Part shown: piece after piece, positions 1-7,379 of the stretch | How positions within the stretch are numbered: the first letter of the stretch is position 1 | Layout of the letters: every line of letters starts with the position of its first letter | NCBI GenBank assembly: GCA_016748015.1 | Contig: JAAOMT010000433.1 | Location: 1-11,060 of the forward strand | DNA from: Geosiphon pyriformis uo1 | Lineage: Eukaryota; Fungi; Glomeromycota | DNA: 11,060 nucleotides | Direction of reading: 5' to 3' | Program-made: the position numbers and the translations under genes | The notes under the pieces: generated by a model | What the model was told of the DNA's origin: nothing | The model's input: the letters and a program-made list of their open reading frames with translations, nothing else | Database searches by the model: none

Positions 1-697
1 ATGAAATTTATTCTGACTCGTTATGACATTCAACCAGAAGCATGGAAAGTGATAGCTGGTACAGGAAGAGATGGGATGGATGACATAACAATTAAACAAA
101 ACGACCAAAGTAATTGCGGACCGATCGCGTGCATGGTACTCTGGAAATTATTCAAATCAGAGGCACTAAATTTACAAGATATTGATGCTTCCGACTATCG
201 GCACATTGCGATTAGGGAGTTAAAGAGGTTATTGAAGAAACACGACACTTCGTGCGTATTGTATGCAAACAAGAAACGGGTCGTTAAAGAAGACAACTCC
301 ATTTCATATACAACAAAAGAGTATTCCGAAGTTAGTCGCTGGTTCAATGATTCAGAGGACTTGACTGCAAAACCAACGGCCGACAATACGGGAAGGCCCA
401 TCCCTCCGTCACAGAACAAGAACGTCGACTCCAAGAACAGCACAGTGGACAACGCTAGATCCGTCTTTAATAATGGTCTCAAGGACTGTGACCAACCGCA
501 ACGTAACAAGTTCTCCATAAAATCGGCCATCCCCAAAACACCGACCAGGAAATCCAATCGCAAAAAAACCAACCGTAAAAAGATCACAGACGACGACGCA
601 GGGTTTGACCCCGATAACGGTCTCTACGACGACGACGAAGAGACGCCGCAAGAAAAGAAACTCATCTCGAAATACTCCTCTCCGCAAGCCAAATCAC
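1..697 (+). CDS. Ulp1/C48 SUMO-protease-like protein, C-terminal part (probably 5'-truncated by the window edge; runs into an N-gap)
   Basis: QNDQSNCGPIAC at 97-132 matches the Ulp1 oxyanion-Gln/catalytic-Cys motif Q-x-D/N-x-x-D/N-C-G. It is followed by a YRHIAIREL helix and a K/D/N-rich low-complexity linker. The catalytic His and Asp would lie upstream of the window. The ORF track's extension to 798 crosses a gap and is not supported. Confidence 0.65.
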
Positions 698-717
698 NNN
701 NNNNNNNNNNNNNNNNN

Positions 718-1428
718 CTGCACACTCAAAAATTCAGACGAGTTGTTAACGGACAACGTGACAAGATAGCCACAGACTCCAGCTCGAAGAAGATGTAAGA
801 CAGCGGATATACGACTTGCAAACCAGCCACACTCATTCATAGACAAATCAATACCACACTTGGATGTAAATCCACGACTCAAACAGTAAAGGCAGGCAAC
901 AGGAAGAGAGCCATGAGAGTTTGGCTCTTCAGCAGCCGCCGTGAAAAGAATTTTCGGAATGATTGCAGACTCAATCATTGAAATCTTTGTTGCATTTCGT
1001 AGGCCGGTAGACTTGAAAGAATCAAATAATGTCGTGGGATACCTATAAAAGAATCGCAAAGCCGCGTCAAGCTCATTCATAAGACGAGGAATTCCTCGTC
1101 GAAGAGTGAAAGTACGAGAGCCAACAACTGATCCATCGACTTCTCTCTGCTCGAATTCGGCAAGGCGACTTCGAACATTGGCGGAAACATTAGCAATATG
1201 CCCAGCGGCATAATTTCCAAGCCATTCACGTCCGGCCTCGAGCCATTTAAACAAAATACCATCCTCGCCCGGTTGAGGAGCCGAAAAGGAAAGAAACTCT
1301 TTCATTTTACCTTCGAATCCAGGGGCAAGCAGAGGATAATAAATAAGACACAAGTCACGTACATCTTCATCTGAACGGACAAAGGGAGCAAGAATTTGAC
1401 TTGCTTGTTCTTGCGTAGTCAGTAGGGT
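718..1428 (-). pseudogene. Internal fragment of a large unknown protein (pattern resembles the N-terminal region of fungal telomere-linked helicase/DUF3505-type proteins), interrupted by a copia LTR
   Basis: The frame stays open upstream of the track's TTG start at 1353 (TLLTTQEQASQILAPFVRSDEDVRDLCLIYY...) up to the LTR boundary at 1429. About 237 stop-free codons. A paralogue at 6719-6983 shares YRYPTTLFD. The family resemblance is recalled pattern only. Confidence 0.7.
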
Positions 1429-1856
1429 TGTTGAGGAGTCACAGACGGTCTCAACAGAGAAAGGAAAAACAAGAGTTGGGAAACGAACAAAGAGGTTTGT
1501 CGAAGAGTGAGATTTTATTTTATTTTGTACTACTGTCTTGTCATATCGCTAATCGCAAACTGTTGTCGCTTTTTCTCATTATTTTTCCGATGCATCGATA
1601 TGTAATTCGAACGTTCGTGTTGTCATTTAGATTGTCACATATAATGTTTGTTTTGTTTCTTGATATTTGAATTCGTATGTGTAACGTATGTGTCGCATGT
1701 GTGTCCGTTGAATTGTTGTTTCAGGTTTACAGGTTTACCAGTTTGCAGGTTAACAGTTAACAGGTTACAGGTTACAGTTGAGGTTACAGGTACAGGTTAA
1801 CATGTTGGTAGGTATCTCACTGTGCTCAAGTGGGAAATACGTCACCAATTTTAACA
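1429..1856 (-). repeat. 3' LTR (428 bp) of the copia element
   Basis: On the minus strand it starts TGTTAAAA directly after the PPT and ends CTCAACA. It is near-identical to 7004-7365, whose homology stops at exactly the same ...TTAACA. AATAAA signals lie on the minus strand at 1514-1524. The left flanking 5 bp (candidate TSD) are AGGGT at 1424-1428. Confidence 0.93.
1722..1806. repeat. Degenerate 7-8 bp tandem repeat (CAGGTTA/CAGGTTTA) in LTR U3
   Basis: caggtttacaggtttaccagtttgcaggttaacagttaacaggttacaggttacagttgaggttacaggtacaggttaac; about 23 nt shorter in the second LTR. Confidence 0.9.
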
Positions 1857-3520
1857 CCCTTCCTGTTTCTCATCTTGGGCGTAGTGGCTTCATGAATATC
1901 TTTCAAACCAATTGAAGTAGAATGTTTCTCAAATGTTTCCCCATTGAGATTCTTAGTAAAGATGTCTGCATCATTCTCTTCAGATCTGACAAAGATCACT
2001 TTCACAATACCATCCTCAATATACTCGCGGACAAAGTGATACCTTGTATCAATATGCTTTGTGCGATTTCCTGTGGTTGCATTTTTTGAAAGATAGACTG
2101 CACCAATGTTGTCGACATTGACTTCAACCGGGAAATGGATTGTCACATCAAGGAACTTTAGAATGCCCACAATATACAAGATCTCCATCGCTACCTCCGA
2201 GATGGCCATATACTCGGCTTCAGTAGAAGAAAGCGAAACACTCTTTTGTCCCTTCGATCTCCATGCAATTGCAGCACCATTCAGATAGATGATGTATCCG
2301 CTGACGCTCTTGCGGGTTTCCGTGTCGCCAGCGAAATCAGAATCCGAGTAAGCTTTGATTTCCCAAATAAGGTTGTTGCATACAGGATGCAGTACCAACT
2401 TGCGCTCTTGTGTCTGTTCGACAAACTTAATAGCTCGGAGCAATGCCTTTTGGTGTGCTTTGTTCGCACCATCCATCACTTTTGATAGCTCACGAACACT
2501 ATTAGACAAGTCGGGTCGTGAATGCTTCAATAGAAAGAGGAGTGATCCAACTCCTGAACGGAACTCTGCCTGGTCTTCATCACTCAATTTGGCTTCATCA
2601 TCCTTGCATCGTATGATATGAGTTCCTGCTGGTGCTGGTGTTTCATACTCCCGCATGTTTTGAATCTTTTCTCCAAATTTCTTCAACATCTTCTTGATCA
2701 AATCAGGCTGTGATAGGAGAATAGACTTGTCTTCTTTCTCGATACGACACCCAATGAAGTCTTCAATATCTTCACTTCTAGTGATGTTGAAGTGTTGTTC
2801 GATCTCTTTGAGTGCTTGTTTGACTGCGATTTTGTCACCAAGGACGAAACAATCGTCAACGTAGACAATCAAGTAAACTTGACCATCAGAAGTTTGTCTC
2901 TTAAGCAGACAACTGTCGTTTTCAAACTGCATGAAGCCCAGATCCTTTTTGAGAACTGTGGTGAACTTCTTCCACCAAGATCGGGCAGCTTGGACCAAGC
3001 CATAAGTCGACTTTTCCAATTTCAGGAACTTTTCTTCGACCGTCTCGTCCGTTTCCGCGAGGTATTCCTTGTAGCCTGGTGGGATCTTGATAAAGATCTC
3101 CTCTTCCAAGTCCCCATGCAAGAATGCTGTCTGAACATCAGCAATCTCCGCAAATAGGTCATTCACAATCCACATCACTAAGAGGATGCGCAAGGTAACT
3201 TCACTCGTCACCGGGGCAAAATTGTATTGGAAATCAATCCCAGCAATCTGGTCATAACCTTTTGCAACAAGCCTTGCTCTGAAAACACCATTCTTCTTTT
3301 CCTTGAAAACCCATTTGGTACCAATTCCCTTCCTGTTTGCAGGCAAGGTATTGATGCCTTGTTTTCTCCACACACCGTTCTTCAGCATCTGTCGGAACTC
3401 CAACCGGATTGCTTCCCTCCATTTGGCTCGTTTTTCGGGATTTTCGTGATTCCAAGCTTCCTGGAAGGTAGTTGGTGTGTCATCGTCTTCGTTGTTCTCT
3501 GGTACAAGAAACAGAAGTGG
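1826..3520 (-). pseudogene. pol: Copia pol: reverse transcriptase (RVT_2) plus RNase H, open frame but disconnected from integrase by a frameshift
   Basis: PTTFQEAW, KWVFKEK, RARLVAKGY, DVQTAFLHG, YGLVQAARSW, YVDD, YSDSDFAGD, SSTEAEY, KHIDTRYHFVRE, ADIFTK. The frame is open from 3520 and ends 31 nt inside the LTR. Confidence 0.95.
1857..1871 (-). promoter_or_regulatory. Polypurine tract (PPT)
   Basis: GAGAAACAGGAAGGG on the minus strand, immediately before the LTR's TG. Confidence 0.9.
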
Positions 3521-4356
3521 TTATTTCCACCCGCAACTTCAAGTCTGCCGGGATTATTGAATGGTTGTAATCCTTGTAGTTCTCGAGCAAGTCGTACGGG
3601 GTTTGGTGGAGGTGCATTATCATCATGGTCGTTTTCCCGTTCAGCAGCTTGTGGTAGTCTTTCCATGTCTTCATCATCATCATTATCACCTGCATCGTGG
3701 TTGATATCGAGTACATTGTCATCAATGTCGAGAGTCTTGAGCCATTTAATATCACGACTGATCATCACCATCTTGGTTTCGAGGTTTAGCACGCGGTACA
3801 CATTCCCGGCATGATTTGCCGCATATCCAAGGAATAGACACTTGATACCGCGATCTCCCAACTTTGACTTGATGGTGCTTCCCGGCTTCAGTGTCATGAT
3901 TCCGACTTCACCAAATGTCCGGAGATGCTTTTCAAACAATGGACTTTCATTGTAGAAGGATTGGTACGGCGATTTCAGTTTTTTCTCATTCATGATGGTA
4001 TCCAATTTTGTTGCTGTAGCAGCAGCTTCCATCCAGAACTTGTGCTTCATTTTGTCGTCCCATTTAACCGCCGTCATCATCGCCCTCATTCGACCATACA
4101 AAGTAGCAAAGGCACGCTGCCATTTTGTTGGGGAGTTTCTCTGGCTGTGAATTCGAATTTGATATTCATCCCACCATTGTCAAGTGATTGCTGAAGAGAT
4201 ACGTTTTCACCCGCATTGTTGCATCTTATGTACTTGACATTCTTGCCTTGTTCTTGCAGATTCTTGATGAACCCAATCAGCAAAGGGATCTGGGCGTCCT
4301 TACTCTTGAGAAAGAAACTCCATCTCTTACTTGTGGCTTCATCAACCACCAACAGC
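3503..4356 (-). pseudogene. pol: Copia integrase (rve core, GKGY-type region and linker), disabled
   Basis: VVDEATSKRWSFFLKSK, RCNNAGEN (canonical RCDNAGEN), TPQQNG, then a frameshift at ~4118 to RAFATLYGRMRAMM, FWMEAAATA, SPY, LRTFG, KCLFLGY. A second frameshift lies at ~3503-3520. Confidence 0.93.
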
Positions 4357-4747
4357 NNNNNNNNNNNNNNNNNNNNNNNNNNNNNNNNNNNNNNNNNNNN
4401 NNNNNNNNNNNNNNNNNNNNNNNNNNNNNNNNNNNNNNNNNNNNNNNNNNNNNNNNNNNNNNNNNNNNNNNNNNNNNNNNNNNNNNNNNNNNNNNNNNNN
4501 NNNNNNNNNNNNNNNNNNNNNNNNNNNNNNNNNNNNNNNNNNNNNNNNNNNNNNNNNNNNNNNNNNNNNNNNNNNNNNNNNNNNNNNNNNNNNNNNNNNN
4601 NNNNNNNNNNNNNNNNNNNNNNNNNNNNNNNNNNNNNNNNNNNNNNNNNNNNNNNNNNNNNNNNNNNNNNNNNNNNNNNNNNNNNNNNNNNNNNNNNNNN
4701 NNNNNNNNNNNNNNNNNNNNNNNNNNNNNNNNNNNNNNNNNNNNNNN
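4357..4747. other. Largest assembly gap (others: 698-717, 5448-5467, 6984-7003, 7676-7695, 8919-9088)
   Basis: Runs of N. Confidence 1.
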
Positions 4748-4749
4748 GA

Positions 4750-5354
4750 CTTTGCAAAGTCAGTAAACGAGCTGATTCTACTTCGTCACAACTACAATCA
4801 GGTCCTGTTCGCTCGAGAGTGGCTTCGGCGGTTTTTCCTGCTAAGCGTTTATTGTCGACAGAATCTGACGAATTGGCCACTTCGAAGCGACCATGTATCA
4901 CGACTGACAATATTCTTGTGAGCCAAAAGGTTGCCGAGTCTGAAAGTCGATTAACAAAGGTATTGCGTCGTAAAGCAAAGTGGGTTTTCAATGAGCTTGA
5001 CTATCGATGTCTGGCATGTGGGAAAACTTTGTGCAATGGCGAGTGTGCCGGTGGATGTTATCGTTGTGGGAGTCGAGATCATCGGTCCAATATATGTTCA
5101 TACGATTCAAATAGGTTGGCCAAAATACTTTTGAACAAAGGGGTGTGTTTCGGTTGCTTCGATACAAGTCAACATCTCATGAAATCACATGATATGAAAT
5201 CTTGTCCATTGAAGCGTCGATTGAAAAGACTGTTGTTTCTTGACTATCAGAAGCGTGATAAGGATTTCGAGAAATATTTGCGACAATTGTACTCGAGTGA
5301 GATGTCGTTCCTACGCATGGTTGCATCCTTTTCTGATAAAACATCTTTAGGACG
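4750..5354 (+). CDS. Exon encoding a Cys/His-rich region with a CCHC zinc knuckle and additional CxxC pairs (likely the C-terminal part of a large protein)
   Basis: Stop-free frame starting at the gap: CLACGKTLCNGEC, CYRCGSRDHRSNIC (C-x2-C-x4-H-x4-C, 5056-5097), CFGC...H...H...C. It ends at a GTGAGT splice donor. Confidence 0.7.
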
Positions 5355-5419
5355 GTGAGTTTGGTTTCGTTTCAATCCAATTATTCATTGAATGTTTTCT
5401 TACCTGATGTCACCCCCAG
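5355..5419 (+). other. Putative 65-nt spliceosomal intron
   Basis: GTGAGT donor at 5355, T-rich body, CTGAT branch-like site at 5404-5408, CCCCCAG acceptor ending at 5419. Splicing removes the TGA and gives an open ...LGR-VWINPSRKV up to the gap at 5448. Confidence 0.7.
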
Positions 5420-5467
5420 CGTTTGGATCAATCCCTCTCGTAAAGTGNNNNNNNNNNNNNNNNNNNN

Positions 5468-5590
5468 CTCGGGATGTGCCTCTTTCCCATGAGTCAAAAT
5501 ACCCGTCTGGATAGACAAGGTGACATTGCAAACCTTGCAATAGGGACCAAAAGGCGTGAGATCAAGAAAGGACGGAGACTCGCAAGACAT
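5468..5590 (-). CDS. N-terminus of a protein starting with a C2H2-type zinc finger
   Basis: MSCESPSFLDLTPFGPYCKVCNVTLSIQTGILTHGKEAHPE contains C-x2-C-x12-H-x4-H (5474-5539). ATG at 5590 (alternative at 5626). Runs into the gap. Confidence 0.6.
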
Positions 5591-6122
5591 AGCTAGAAAT
5601 TCGATCAATACATTGCAAACAAACATGCAGCCGGAAGGAGCCAGGAAAAGTCGCTGACAGATGAAGCTTAAGCTTGTAACTAAATTTTTAAATGAGTAGA
5701 AACATTACTAGAGGGTACTAAAGTCCAAAACGGTGTGGGATCACCAATTTTGGTGAGAGACCACACCAATTTGAAGATGCTCGTGACTGAACTAATCACT
5801 ATACTGCGCAAAATGCTGAAACCTGCGTCACATAGCGGCACCATTGCATTGAACTTCTTCTTGACTTCCCCCGTCGCCGACACTGCCGAAAAGCAGCCGC
5901 CACAACAATCAACATTGTTGGAAAAAGCAAACAATAAAAACAATCAACCAGATCATGTGGCAAAAAATGGGCTTCAAAACAGATGTATCCAATGTATCCA
6001 AGATATCGTGGCGTGAGAATTATCAGGATCGACGACGACACGATGGAACGATAACTTGTCGGCGAGTAGTGATAAAAAACATTGTATTGGTCATCGGCTG
6101 ATGGAAGTAATAACGGAATTGT

Positions 6123-6250
6123 CAGTTGATGTTGTTGTTTCAATTGTTTGTGTCGTTGTTGATTGTTGTCGTCGTTGAATGTTGTGTTTTTGTTGTCGGT
6201 GTGCGCTTCGATAGTAGCCAAAGGATGATTTTTTGGTGATGTCGTCGTTG
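6123..6250 (-). repeat. CAA/CGA-rich low-complexity tract (GTT/GTC on + strand)
   Basis: Strong strand-asymmetric composition; imperfect trinucleotide repeats. Confidence 0.7.
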
Positions 6251-6402
6251 CCGCACGTGTGTAAAACTCTCGACAGGGCGCATGTGTGTATGTGATATCA
6301 ACGCTTCGTTTTCATGTTGCGGGGGGTTCAAATTCTTATTGGCCGTAAGTGTCTTTTTGGTAAAATAATATTTTGATTACATGACATATATGATTCAAAT
6401 TC

Positions 6403-6587
6403 ACATCGTCCGTAAGTATCTATCTGTTGAAAATACTTTTGTATGAGACATCGTAACGATGTGTCAAAATGTATTATGAAGGCATCGTAACTGACCAATG
6501 AATTTGAAATGGTACAGCCAGGTAAGACAAACAAGCAATTAGGAAGCTGCTGTCAGAATGACAGGTTGCTTGTCTGTATGACATCGT
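6403..6587. repeat. Cluster of (A/G)CATCGT heptamers with short palindromes
   Basis: ACATCGT at 6403, 6448 and 6581; its reverse complement at 6456; GCATCGT at 6482; hairpin CTGTCA-GAA-TGACAG at 6550-6564. Confidence 0.65.
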
Positions 6588-6718
6588 GGAATATGCCTCG
6601 TCAACCTCCAAATTGGGGGAAATCCATAAGTAAGTGGAGTTTTTTTGCATAGTAATATAAATATTCATGTCTGTATTTTTTTACTTCTCCAATTTGTGAA
6701 AAATAACCCATGCCCTTA

Positions 6719-6983
6719 GGGTAGACCACGCCGAATGTGGAAATGTGAACGAACTGGAGGTGACATCACCATTGACGTTGAGGGTATTTGTTTTCAGTGT
6801 AGGCTTTCGAGAATTTAAATCACGTAGGCGTTTAACATAAGGTGCCAACAAATTGGTAACGCAGCCATTTTGTATCTGACCCACAATATCCATCTCATGT
6901 AGTGTCATCCATTTAGTAGATGAACGTAAAATTTCCGTAGACTTGTACTGATCAAACAATGTAGTTGGGTACCTGTACAAGAA
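6719..6983 (-). pseudogene. Second, diverged fragment of the 718-1428 gene family, probably internally deleted and 3'-truncated
   Basis: FLYRYPTTLFDQYKST versus FFYRYPTTLFDSFKST; 33/43 nt identical between 6941-6983 and 1011-1053. Alignment to copy 1 breaks after STK at ~6911. Confidence 0.75.
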
Positions 6984-7003
6984 NNNNNNNNNNNNNNNNN
7001 NNN

Positions 7004-7365
7004 AGTTGAGAAACGAACAAAGGGGTTTGTCGAAGAGTGAGATTTTATTTTATTTTGTACTACTGTCTTGTCATATCGCTAATCGCAAACTGTTGTCGCT
7101 TTTTTTCTCATTATTTTTCCGATGCATTGATATGTAATTTGAACGTTTGTGTTGTCATTTAGATTGTCACATATAATGTTTGTTTTGTTTCTTGATATTT
7201 GAATTCGTATGTGTAACGTATGTGTCGCATGTGAGTCCGTTGAATTGTTGTTTCAGGTTTACAGGTTTACCAGTTTGCAGGTTAACATGTTAACATGTTA
7301 ACAGGTTAACATGTTGGTAGGTATCTCACTGTGCTCAAGTGGGAAATACGTCACCAATTTTAACA
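7004..7365 (-). repeat. Second LTR of the same copia family (5' LTR or solo LTR; its U5 end is lost in the gap)
   Basis: Aligns to 1474-1856 with 6 substitutions, a T5/T7 run difference and a shorter U3 repeat. No PPT adjoins it; the flank is GACGT. Confidence 0.93.
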
Positions 7366-7379
7366 GACGTTCTGTCTAA

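Larger units (their letters stand above)
1429..4356 (-). mobile_element. Ty1/copia LTR retrotransposon (CoDi-like), 3' half: IN-RT-RNaseH-PPT-3'LTR
   Basis: Copia domain order (IN before RT), TG...CA LTR, PPT abutting the LTR. The 5' part is lost in the 4357-4747 gap. Confidence 0.97.

Noticed and set aside
195-687. Minus-strand ORFs 195-587 and 409-687
   Set aside because: Antisense to the Ulp1-like frame's low-complexity linker; their hydrophobicity is a codon mirror effect.
1428-1670. 80-aa ORF in the LTR as an env-like or membrane peptide
   Set aside because: T-rich LTR sequence; the frame is shifted by the T5/T7 difference in the second LTR.
1722-1806. True telomere or interstitial telomeric array
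   Set aside because: The units are CAGGTTA-like rather than TTAGGG and are an internal part of both LTRs.
3503-3520. Programmed ribosomal frameshift between IN and RT
   Set aside because: Copia pol is normally one frame here, there is no canonical slippery heptamer, and the element carries other disabling lesions.
2106-4194. Plus-strand and alternative-frame ORFs over copia pol
   Set aside because: Antisense or shadow frames of pol with no recognisable motifs.
4086-5358. Long ORFs spanning the 391-N gap (4086-4991, 4188-4766, 4216-5358, 4331-4921), and likewise 1-798, 5381-5626 and 8301-9116 as single proteins
   Set aside because: These are artefacts of translating through N; the two sides belong to different contigs.
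5680-6668. Short ORFs 5680-5943, 5735-6016, 5799-6221, 6140-6331, 6328-6534 and 6474-6668
   Set aside because: No motifs, mutually overlapping, partly low-complexity and mostly non-ATG starts. A small spliced gene cannot be excluded.
1429-7365. A single 5.9-kb full-length copia bounded by the two LTRs and carrying cargo genes
   Set aside because: The TSDs do not match (AGGGT versus GACGT), no gag, protease or PBS is visible between 4748 and 6983, and the interrupted gene does not resume after 7365.
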